Source: Neophaeotheca triangularis
Taxonomy: Eukaryota
Direction of reading: 5' to 3'
Assembly: GCA_054600435.1 (NCBI GenBank)
Contig: BAAIJX010000026.1
Span: forward strand, 248,001 to 312,000
Length of the DNA: 64,000 nt
Made by a program: the position numbers and the translations under genes. The notes beneath the pieces are model-generated. The model saw only the letters and a list, made by a program, of their open reading frames with translations, ran no database searches and had not been told where the DNA came from. Below, in pieces: positions 48,488 through 58,900 of the stretch; position 1 is the stretch's first letter, and each line of letters starts with the position of its first letter.

Positions 48488-49987
48488 TCACTCGACCCCG
48501 AACACGGCCCTAAACCTCCTCCAAAGCTCCCCTTGCATAGCCCTCCTGCTCTCGCCAGTCCGACTAGCAGCATCCTTGTTCTCCGCCGCCCTCCGGAGCA
48601 AATAATTCAAACACTCCGTCATGGATCCCCAAGTCGTGCACTTGAAAACCTGCTCCCTCAACAACCCCTTCCGCGTGGCTTCGGAACTGGAGACGTCGGC
48701 TTTGGCGGCCGCGAGCAACTGGCACGAGACTTCGTCGGCCATGCCTTGTAGTTGCGCGAAGGAGAGGGGGGTTAAGGACGTGCCTGTGGCGTGTTGGTCT
48801 TGGCGGAGGGCTTGCATCTGGGTCACGGTGGCGGCGTTGTGGGTCGCGAGGACGATGTTGGTGGCGGGCCAATTGGATGAAGAGGCGGACGGGGTGGCGG
48901 GGCGCAAGAGTGAGTTGTAGGAGCGTTGGATCAGCGCCGTCGCCAGGGTGTCGTAGGCGTGGTGGGTGGCTTCGATGGTATCGTGGATGAGGCTGCGTTG
49001 TTCGCTGTGCAGGTATGCGCCGCGGACGAGTTTGGCGCCGAGAATGAAGTTTTCGTTGCGGGCGGTTTCGAGGTGCTGGGAAAGGCTCGCCGGCATGGAC
49101 TTGAGGTAAGCTTGGTAGGTGTTGTAGACGACGGCTTTGCCGTTGGTGTTGTAGCTGCGCTGCATGGTCATGCACCAGCTGAAGAAGGCGTCGAGGGTGT
49201 TGGTTTCTTCGGCCGCTGGGAGGAGGGAAATATCTTTGTCTTTGGCTGCTTGGCAGACGGTGCGCATTGCCTCCTCCATGCGCTCGCTCGGGGCGTCATT
49301 GGCGAGCATTCGACGCAGGGCGGCGGGCCCCATGCCGCTCCATTTGAGGCCGACGAAGTCGCCGGGTTGGCTCATCTCGATTGTGTCGAGCAAGCCCTTG
49401 CGCCATACTGCTACGTCTGTTGCCTCATGGCCTTCGGCGTCCTTGAGCACCTCCAAGGCATACTCAAGGATCACTCCCGCATAACCTTGCTGCCTCAGAC
49501 CGGCACATGTGCGGTCAATTTGCGTCTTGCTCTCTCCTGCACAGAATTGCTTGTAGAATGTCTCCCATAGTATCCAGCGGAGGAGGGGATTCTTCTGCAC
49601 GTTGAAGAGGGGGCTTTTGCTCTCGAGCATGAGTCGGAGAACAGCTGTCGAAGCGCTGAGAAGGGTCGGTGACGAGGAGAGGGTGGTGATCAGATACGTC
49701 CTGAGGACTTGGGAAAGAGGGAGGCTTGCAAGAGCTGATTTCGAAACGCCAGGCTGAGCTTGCAGAGGGGGTGAGGCTGCTGGAGGAGGCGGACTGGGTT
49801 GGTTTGCCAGTGTGAAAGCTTGAGCAGAGGCATCTGGACGGGTGGAATGAAGCTGCCGTCGGTGTGGTTGGGTGGTCGTATGCGCTGCTCTGACACAGAG
49901 GAGGGGGGCGTAGCCGTTCCTTTTTGTGACGGAAGAAGACGAGAGCAGGACAGCCTCGATACGCTGCATGCGCAAAGAAGGCTTCAT
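48488..49987 (-). CDS. PUT1: Mitochondrial proline dehydrogenase (proline oxidase)
   Basis: 499 aa; presequence, 'FYKQFCAGE', 'YNTYQAYLK', 'GAKLVRGAY', 'LATHN', 'AQLQGMADEVS', 'YLLRRAAEN'. Confidence 0.95.
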   Translation of the reverse strand: MKPSLRMQRIEAVLLSSSSVTKRNGYAPLLCVRAAHTTTQPHRRQLHSTRPDASAQAFTLANQPSPPPPAASPPLQAQPGVSKSALASLPLSQVLRTYLITTLSSSPTLLSASTAVLRLMLESKSPLFNVQKNPLLRWILWETFYKQFCAGESKTQIDRTCAGLRQQGYAGVILEYALEVLKDAEGHEATDVAVWRKGLLDTIEMSQPGDFVGLKWSGMGPAALRRMLANDAPSERMEEAMRTVCQAAKDKDISLLPAAEETNTLDAFFSWCMTMQRSYNTNGKAVVYNTYQAYLKSMPASLSQHLETARNENFILGAKLVRGAYLHSEQRSLIHDTIEATHHAYDTLATALIQRSYNSLLRPATPSASSSNWPATNIVLATHNAATVTQMQALRQDQHATGTSLTPLSFAQLQGMADEVSCQLLAAAKADVSSSEATRKGLLREQVFKCTTWGSMTECLNYLLRRAAENKDAASRTGESRRAMQGELWRRFRAVFGVE

Positions 49988-51566
49988 CGTCGTTGTTGTT
50001 GTCGTCGTCGTCGCTAGTTGATGAGAGCTCGATACTGTTGAAGAGGACGGTGGGAGATGGATAGATCAATAGCAAGCGAACGAGGTTGATTCGAGCAACA
50101 AGCGAGAGCAGAGAGGTACTTGGCCTTGAAGTCTATCACGGGACGAAGGAAACCCTTATACTTGTCGCCCCCATTGACGGGACTCACGTCGTCGCCGCGA
50201 TCGCAGTCTCCCGTCACGGAGCTGCGAGGCAAAGAATGATAAAGGCGCGGCTACTGTCGGCGTCCTTTGTACTCGCCAGCCCCACCGTTCCGGCCCCCAC
50301 GCCGCTTTCACAGCTCGAGCTCGCCTTGTACGGCTGGGCGGTGAACAGCGGCAGAATACTGGCTGCGGCTGGGTGCGGTTAAGACTTTTTATGGAGAAGC
50401 TGGTCGACATCACCTCTTGGCTGCCGGCAGAGCGTGAGAAGAGATTGCCTTTGCCGGTGGGTACGCAGGGCTGGAATCGTCTTTCAATTACGTTTCCTGG
50501 AAGTCGAGGGCTTCTGGCCGCAGAAGTGAGAACGTCCCAGATGATCGTTTTGTGGAGTCTTATCTCGTGGGGAAGTATGGACCGGGCGCATTCGCAAGGG
50601 TTGTGGACTGCATGCCCATCAACCTCACAGCCCCTCGGGGACTCCTTGAACCTCCGTATCCACATGTGCTCGGGTATTCTTCTGCTTACCGTCAGCACGA
50701 TCCTTTCTTGATGTCGAGTAGTAGTGAATGGCCCAAGCAGCGTCCCAATTCCCGCCTAAAGAGATTGATGCGGTGCTTCGTTCAAGCCAGGCATCATGAG
50801 GGTTCCTCTTGCTGCGTCTGAGCAACAAAGTGGTACTATCGTAAGTGAATAGTATCGATCTAAAGTCACCCGGGGTGGGTGGACGAGAATGTGGTACCGG
50901 CGGTGGTTCTGAACGGAACGATTTTTGTGCTGTGCACACTGCTATGTACACAATCCAACCATACAATCCGAGGCGCTGTCCATCACCAAAGCAACAGCGA
51001 CGTCGCGATGTCTCTATCAATGTGCAGCTCCAGGCCAAACAGCACCGGAAAGACAAGACGGACACCGGTGCTGCTCGAGGTAAAGTACGGTACGCTAAGC
51101 TGCAATATCCATCTCAGTATCTCTTCTCCATCTCTTCCATCTCTTGTCGATCTATGGGCCCCCTTGCTCTCAAACCACACCACTGATCTTCCGCACTACT
51201 TTCCGCCTGCAATATTTGCCCCAAGTCGCGCTGACTTGTTAGCTGGCTCAGGTCCCAAGGGCAAAGGACCATATCCGGGCGTACCAGTTGTTGGCGTGTC
51301 TCAAATGGTTGCCGCCATTCCCTCCCTTGGCTCTTCCGCGCGATTGCTGGGGCCTTCCACGACCTCGTTCCTCTGGCCATCTGAGGAGTCGTGGCCGCGC
51401 ACCGAAGGGTGGTCTCGGTCGTACTGGTCAGCGCCATAGCCATTGCGGGCCATCGTGGCGCACTACTTGCAGCCGAGCCACTCCAGGCTCCACGACTCTG
51501 TTTGCAGCCATAAAGGCTATGGGGGTGGTGGTCAGGAAGCTAGAGAATCCTACAGCCGGCGGACCG

Positions 51567-51617
51567 GAAGTAGTCGCGTTTGAGATGATTGTAGGCGGGC
51601 AAGTAGATGGCGCTGAA
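51567..51617 (-). pseudogene. Short fragment of mitochondrial aspartate/glutamate carrier (Agc1-like)
   Basis: '[17 protein letters not shown]' closely resembles Agc1 'FSAIYFPTYxHLKxDxF'; frameshifted traces 'FLTT' and 'WLQTE' downstream resemble 'YLTTP...RLQVE'. Confidence 0.65.
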
Positions 51618-51767
51618 GGTGGAAGTGGTCCGGGCGAGTGCCATTCGCACTGGGAGCACCAAAGGCGTAACGTGGCACGATGGCGCTCTGTTTACTGCCA
51701 TATAGGCATTTCTATAGAAACGTTCCGTCGGAGGGCCGAAGGCCAAAATCCGGAGTGGGCGGTAGGC

Positions 51768-52133
51768 TTCGAACAGGCTGGGAATAAGGAGGCTGAGCAG
51801 GTGCAGCAACATGCCCAGGGCAATGTGCTTGACCACTACGGCGGCTGTTTGGCGATGGGCCTGGATGCAGCCGGTGAGGGCGTCTTTGAGTAGTGGTATG
51901 ACGGCGTAGACGTAATCTTTGTCCATCTCGCCGATGTACTCGAAGAGAAAGGACAAGGCCTCGAGCGATGCGACCTGGTCGTGAAGCTCTGGCAAGCGGT
52001 AGTCCTTCATCCGCACCGAAAGCACGGTGAATGGCTGACAGGTCTCGGCAGCCTCCCCAATGGCGATAGCAGCGCAGACACGGCTCTGACGCTCTTGGGC
52101 ACGAATGTCGTTGAGCAGAGTTGAGAGAACGTT
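51768..52133 (-). pseudogene. Degenerate internal fragment of U2 snRNP splicing factor SF3B1/Hsh155 (C-terminal HEAT repeats)
   Basis: '[37 protein letters not shown]...[27 protein letters not shown]...[15 protein letters not shown]' matches the recalled SF3B1 consensus, with radical substitutions and a deletion; only ~120 of ~1200 aa are present. Confidence 0.85.
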
Positions 52134-55112
52134 CGAGTCGTTCTTTCTCGCTTCGCAGGAGCGAGAGCCAACGCGTTCGCGATAGCCTTGGGGGTGGTGG
52201 TGAGGAAGCTGAAGTATTTCTGCTAGAGAACCAGGAATCGGTAATATTGGGGATTGGAGGTAGATTGTCTCGAGCTGCAGGCCTATAATCTGACTGCCGA
52301 TATTGGAATTGGGATCGTTGTGAGTCGGCGCGGTCTGAACGTGGTGTCGATGCTTGGTCGCTCTCTTGCTCTGCACTGACATTTTCGGCCAATAACTATC
52401 AATTGAAGGTTTATCCGCATTGTTGACCAGGAGTTCCGATGACAACCGCGAGGGCGATGCCTCAGACCGAATTGCCATAGCGGGACAGTGATATTGTGAT
52501 GTGCAATACACAGGAGCTGGAATGTTGTTCGCGGAACCTAGGAGCTTCTGCCTCTTTCTCGCTGCCTACTGTCATTGTTAGACGCGAAATCGAGCGTTAA
52601 AAGAATTCCGTGGACTAGGACTTACCGAATGGCCCTGAAATCTTCTCTGTGTGGTCTTCTGTTTCTCAGCTGAGGTGAGGAACATCGTGTGAAGAGAAAG
52701 TGATTGCTAGTCGATTGAGCTGAGAAACTAGGCAATAGTAGGTCGTCTCGGTGGTACCTGCATGGCAGCACTCGATACGCGTGATTAAGAGGTTGCAAGG
52801 GAGGAGAACAGCGTATACGATTAGAGGGAGCTGAATGTTGCAGAATTTGGTTGTATTGGTAGTAGAGTTTGAGTCGTGTATGGGATCTACGCCTCACTGG
52901 AGACTTCTAGGCAACAGAGAAACCCCCATTGCTGGCCTCACTGGCGACACAAGGCTGCCTGAGGCTGGTCAGAGTACGTAACCGAGACCTTGGCACACAG
53001 CCTCGATTCCACCTATTTAAGAAGCTCCGCGCCCCGTTTCATCTATCGTTCCTTCTTCCTCCTCCTATGCCAGGTTGTGATAACGTATTCCGTTCTTGAT
53101 CCTACAGTAGTCGGTGAGTAACTCCCCCCGGAAACGTTTCAATTCAAAGACTTAACTAACTTGGCAAGTTGCTTGCGAGCTATACTAACCTGGCTAGTAT
53201 AACGGACGATCTGCCGTCTTTCACAGCAACAATCCTACTGTCCACTTCTGTCCAGAGTCAGACGTTGCCTCTTGACTGTCTGGCTTTGATATATGTGGAG
53301 CACAGAGCAAAGCAGTGGAACATGGCGGCGCAGTGCTTGACGTCCTCTGGCGTTCTTGCTTACCGATCCTTCCTACATCTCTTACCTTTTCATCAGTCTT
53401 CTTGCTCAGAGCAGGAGGCTGGAGAAGAGAGAGCAACTCCCTAACAGCAACGCACCTGCACAACTTGCGTAAAACGTAGCTACGAAAGCCGTCTCGTGAT
53501 CCCCATTACGTGCTACGCCTTTTGAACAACGCGCCCTGAACTGCCTAGCAGTGAATTGGTAGTTGCGAACCACTGATCATAACAGCGCGCTGGGCAACCT
53601 TAGCTTGACTAGTTTGAAGAGTGAGAGGCCCAAAATTTGACATTCAGCCCTTGGTAATGTGTTTGTACCTGCCAGAAACGCCTCATGATTTCTCGCGCTT
53701 GATTGATGTGCGTCTTGTTCCCTTCCTAACCCGCAAGTTCCAGAATAACGCTTGAGTAGGGCATATATCTCTGCGAGCGTTCCCTACGCGCTTCTGTGCG
53801 GGCAAGGACAGGTCGGAAGCCTTGACACATACCTTAGACGTAGGGAGGTGCATTTACGGGAACATTGAGCCCCCCAAGAACAAACTTGTCATATTCAGTG
53901 CTCTTGCCACGCCGTATTAATTGGAAGGAGAATGGGGCCACGCTAGTCGCTTGAGGAAGGGGCTGCGGTATTGTTCAAGACGCGTCTTCAGCGGCTGCCT
54001 CCCGCGCCTCGATGCCTCGCCTTGCTTCTTCGTTTTTCATCACATCCCTTCTCCCTCTCCAGACACGCCGCCATCCATCCACACATTAATTTCACGCATT
54101 ATTCCGATGTAAAATGCCAGCGTCAGGACCACATCCACCAGCTGGTCGTAGCCACATCCTCTCATATCTTGCTAACAGAGCTCATCGCCCCTGGCTCAAA
54201 CATCCATGAGGTCAGTCTCAAATATCATCAGTCCCCTCACCGTCTTCAAATCACGCTCCCCTTTCATCTACTAATGATCGTTATAGGAACCCTTCTGCCG
54301 TAGCCGCGCCACGTCAACTACCCAACGTCTGTTCAGGGCCGGCTTTCATGTACCTCTCTTATCCTCCGAAAGATCGCTCACCGCTGCTACACTCGAATCT
54401 CACAAGAGAAGCTCAATCTCCGCACCATCCGAGTAGTCCGTCCAGGAGCAAAGAGCTTGGATCATTCGGTTGGGGCATGGATGTCTGGTTCTGTCATGCT
54501 CCATGGACCATCTGCCGACAGCTGACAACGATCGACTGCTTCATTTGTCACTCAGTCCCGGAGTCGCTGTCAAGAGAACCTCGAGGGCCACGCGTAACCT
54601 GCGGGCTTGCCGCGGATCATGACTAGTATCTTTACTGTGATGGCCCCCAGCGTGAGATCATTTACTTGATGCTCTTTCAGGCTCGGTAAGCTAGTCCCGT
54701 CACCGCCTCGGAAGGGTCTTTCTAACACTCCAACAGCAACCAGCGGAGCGACAGTAATACATATACTTGGTCTCCTTCCACCGGACGATTGCGTGTCTGC
54801 GAGACATGGGTCCCAGCCTAACTGGCCGACGGTTCCCTCGGACCGCCCACTCGTCTTGATCACGGTCATCACATCGCTTGATGCGTCGGCCAACTCATCC
54901 CTTCCATCGCAGCTTTCCTCCCCATAGCTACCTCCGCTATCTTGTCGTCGGTTCAGTTGTTACTCTCAAGTGGCTTTTGCTGCTGAGCCTATCCTTGTTC
55001 GGAACAACATCTCGTGCGATACGGCCTTATGAACAACTCGGCATCGGGCCCGAGGCCTCTCTCAGCACAAACCAGAGCTTCGCCGCCGGATGCGAGCCGT
55101 GACGCTGGCACC

Positions 55113-55290
55113 AGCGATATCACTTACTACGCCCCTGACCTCGGCTCGTGCGGCGGGAGTCACGGCGCTTTCGACAATATTGTCGCTCTCTCCCACGTTA
55201 TCACGACCACCCAGAACGGAGGCAACCCCAACAACAGCCCTCTGTGCGGCTCGACCATCACCACCCACTACAGGGCTATGAGACACTAGG
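55113..55290 (+). pseudogene. Truncated RlpA-like double-psi beta-barrel (expansin-like/Asp f 7-like) domain
   Basis: 'DITYYAPDLGSCG...IVALSH...NGGNPNNSPLCGSTIT.HY', then frameshift/stop; the 'VVD.C..C...DLS' half is missing; no upstream signal peptide in frame. Confidence 0.75.
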
Positions 55291-55841
55291 CTGCAACCCG
55301 TGCGATACGGCCTTAATACAAGTCGTCAGCGCGTCGGTGCGGACGTGCACAGATACTACGACTGGATGGACTTCCGGTCACATCTACCTCGTGTGACAAG
55401 ACCTCATGAAGACCTCGGAATCGGCAGCTCGGTTTTTGGGCCCAGCTACCACCACCACCAAACTTGTCTGTCATTCTTATCCCTTCCACCCACTTACCAC
55501 ATTCTTTACACCACAAACGCTTGCAAACCACTGCTATACAGCACCTTCCGTTTCACACCAAAAAGACAACCAATCACACACCCCGGTCCCCCACGACAGC
55601 CAACGGAACTTTCACCAAGATGGCGCCATCACTATGGCGGCCTCCGCTGTCTCCACCCGCGACGAGTGTAGCGGCTCGTGCGATACGACCTTATGGAACA
55701 TCCGCCAGCAATGGCACTCTTGTTGCAGACGCTCTTCTGCTACAACGCTGCAACGGGATTGGCCTTTCGGTTTTCTCCACCTCTTGCGTCGACGCGACGC
55801 CCAGCCTATGGGCGCCTTGGCCACGGGCGCCATAGGCGACA

Positions 55842-56100
55842 AACGCGGCACCGTGGACATCACCGAGGCGGCGACGGTCATCGAGACCGTCGTCGTCACC
55901 CACACTGTCTGGGTCGACCCTCAACCAACGCGGCACTGTGGACGTCACCGAGACCGCGAGGGTCATCAAGACCGTCGCCGTCACCCACACTGTCTGGGTC
56001 GACCCTCAACCAACGCCGCACTGTGGACGTCACCGAGACCGCGAGGGTCATCAAGACCGTCGCCATCACCCGCACTGTCTGGGTCGAGCCTCAACCCACT
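55842..56100 (+). repeat. 85-bp tandem triplication of a coding-derived segment
   Basis: GTGGAC anchors at 55853, 55938 and 56023; each unit reads 'VD.TE.A.VI.TV..T.TVWV.PQPT', shifting frame in each copy. Confidence 0.93.
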
Positions 56101-56822
56101 CGCGCCCGCCACGGCCACGGCCGCAGCTACCTTGTCGGTGCGTGGGCAAGGTTTTGAGGGCGGAAGTGGCTCTTTCAAAGGACACTTTAGGGGTTCTGAT
56201 AGCTTAATGTAATCAAGATTGGGTTTTTGCGAATGCCCATCACTGCGTCATGTCAAGGAGGTTGCATCGTCTTCGACTGTGACATTTTGTTATCTCTACC
56301 TAGGTACCTAGGTATTTACTGTAGACCTTTCTCAGCTTTGCACAAGAGCAATAATTCGGCCGCTGACAGTCTGATAGTCTACTAGGTGGCGCTTGCTTTT
56401 TTCAGGCTTACCAGGTACCTAAGTAGCTTTGGAGATGGAAGATTTGAATGGACCCACCGATCAACCGACCCACAACTACTTTCTCCACATTCAAGAAGGG
56501 TAATTCATCACTTCATCTTGTCTGTGACTGAATTTTTATTCATCTCCCGTCACTGAGCCGATCTACACCAATCGAATCCCAGCGTTATGCATGAGATCAG
56601 AGGCAATCAGCATGGCTCGATCAGCAAGAAGGGAATGTCCCATTTCAAGAACCTGCCGACGATAACTACCTTGCGCCGCACATTATGAGACATCCCCTTG
56701 CTGCGCGAGAAGTTCTGCAAGAAGTCTGCAAGAAACAACACCGTGCGGATTGCGTGGACGATAGAGAGCCATGCATCTTTGGGCCTAACACCGTCACCGA
56801 TTGTGGATAATAACTTGAATGT

Positions 56823-56967
56823 TAGAAGGAGACTTTTGAAACAGGAAAACAACGCAGGACGCCCCTGCTAGCCACATAACTTGGATGTTCAGTTGGACTG
56901 AGAATCGGGGAAGTGTGGCTAGCAGGGGCGTCCTGCGTCGTTTTCCTGTTTCAAAAGTCTCCTTCTA
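56823..56967. repeat. 54-bp near-perfect inverted repeat with 37-nt spacer (MITE-like or hairpin RNA)
   Basis: Arms 56823-56876 and 56914-56967 are reverse complements at 53/54 positions; the element begins and ends with TA. Confidence 0.93.
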
Positions 56968-57917
56968 TTCCTCGGTGAGACCTTGCACTCGTTCAGCAAA
57001 GTCGTCGTTTCTCTTGGCCTTCTCTTTGCCTGCTCTTGATCCTGCTCCTGTCGGCGTCCTAGTACTCTCCTCACACGCGAGGGCACTATTGGGATCGAGA
57101 ATTTGCGCATAGGCGGCTTTACCAACCGTTTGGGGATCGATTGAGACAGAGAAGCATGGCTTGCTCCCTAAAGACGCGGTTGGCTCCGTGCTAAGTGTAT
57201 CTTCGCTGACAGGTCAGAGTCATTGGGGATCCGATCCTTTGCCTTTACGAGGAGCGCAGTGGTTGGAGAATCCATCGCATATTATGAGGTCCAGTTGGCG
57301 CAGGCTTGCGAAGGCTTTGTAGATCGCGTCGATGGATCAATCTAGCGTCTTGAGAGTTTGGTAGGGGGACGATTGGTCGATGCTTTTCCTATATATCTTG
57401 CTGCGAAGATGATTGTCAGTAGGGTCTCCCAGGGAAATATCGATGGAGTCTAGACGCACCGTCCGTCCTGACCATGGCAAGATGCGCCGATGCTGGCTCC
57501 TCTGATTCGTAAATGTTAATAGGGGTATGCAGTGTGACAGTTTCGCTGCATCGTGAACAACGATAGACTCGATCAATCTACTCATCGTTCACTTACGCAT
57601 TCTCTTCATTTGCATTCTCACCGGCGCTCCAAGTGAAGCATGCCAAGGCAATGATGTCGCTGTCGCTAAGCAAAAGCACTGACCATGCTCGCACACACAA
57701 AACCGCGCTCCCCTCCCGATTTGTTTCCTCTTCCTCTTCCCAACCTCGACATCCATTTTGCACAGCTTTTTCAACCTCCATCCACACACCACCTCACAGT
57801 AAGTATCTTTCGCTGTCAGCACACAGTACAGCTCTCTCATCGCACATTCTATATGCCAATGTATTAACAAACATTCTCTCAGGCCGACACCTCACATCGT
57901 ATAAATGTCACTGGACA

Positions 57918-58900
57918 CTGGAGTTTCAATTCGACCTGCCCAAATTCAAGCTACGTATACAGCTTGGCCAATGTCTCTGTTCTACCTTGCCCTGTTTCAG
58001 CAAACACACAATAACAGCCACTTCAGCATACCTCCGGACCACGACATTGCCTCCACTCCCACAAGAACATCCTCGCCCTGAGCGCATCGCCACCTCCTGG
58101 AGTTTCAATTGACCTGCCAAAAGCCAAGTTGAGTCAGCTTGGCCGAAGTCTCTGTCCCTGTGCCCACGTCTGAAGAAACACATGATAACAAATGCATCAG
58201 ATCGGTCTCCACTCTCGATCCACGAGACGTTTTCGCACCCTCCAAGTTCACCATGATCTCGCCTCCGCCTACTGGAGTTTCAATTGACCTGCCGAAAGCC
58301 AAGTTGAGTTCAACTTGGCCCAAGTCTCTGTCTCTCCAGCCATGGTTTGCAAGACATGTAATAACAACTTTCCAGATGCCCTTCCAGCTTTAACAGCAAG
58401 CCTAAGGCCGCCATCGACCGCGGCATTCGACACACAGAGGAGGATTGAGGATTGACCAAGTGCCACAAGCCAAGTTGAGTCCCAGCTTGGCCAACGTCTC
58501 TGTCTTACCTACCCTGCTTCGGGAACAACATGATGACAAGCGCTCAGGCACCCTCCAATCTTCGAACATCAACTCAAGCCCGCTCTCGACCGCGACATTC
58601 AACACACGGAGGAGGAAGAGAAATTGACCAGGTGCTACAAGCCAAGTTGAGTCCCAGCTTGGCTAATGTCTCTGTCTTACCAGCCCCAGTTGGGGAACAG
58701 CATGATGACAAACAATCTAGGCACCTTTTCAACCTCAACAGTCACCCTGTTGCTGCTTTCGAGCGCTTTCGACCTGAGCTTGCCGACTGGGTATGGAGGA
58801 GGATGGGAGTTGACCAGGTGCCACAGGCCAAGTTGAGTTCCAATTTGGCCATTGTCTCTGAATTCACTGGCATAATTGATGGACACAAGATAACAACTTC
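57918..58900 (+). repeat. Six-copy ~175-bp tandem array with a conserved palindromic core
   Basis: Core ATTGACC...GCCAAGTTGAGTxCARCTTGGCC..GTCTCTG recurs with CAAG at 57947, 58125, 58300, 58471, 58643 and 58829 (spacing 171-186). Confidence 0.92.

Noticed and set aside
50000..50400. Put3/PrnA binding sites upstream of PUT1
   Set aside because: No CGG-N10-CCG or paired CCGG site found by eye.
56297..56314. Perfect palindrome TACCTAGGTACCTAGGTA
   Set aside because: Low-complexity TACCTA/TAGGTA motif; related tracts occur at ~20210, ~20950 and ~61195.
58530..58780. ATGATGA (C-box-like) in array copies 4 and 5 as a C/D snoRNA cluster
   Set aside because: Not conserved in the other copies, no CTGA in copy 4, and no rRNA complementarity recognised.
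57918..58900. CRISPR array interpretation of the palindromic repeat array
   Set aside because: Eukaryotic context, no cas genes, ~175-bp period, degenerate repeats and spacers homologous to each other.
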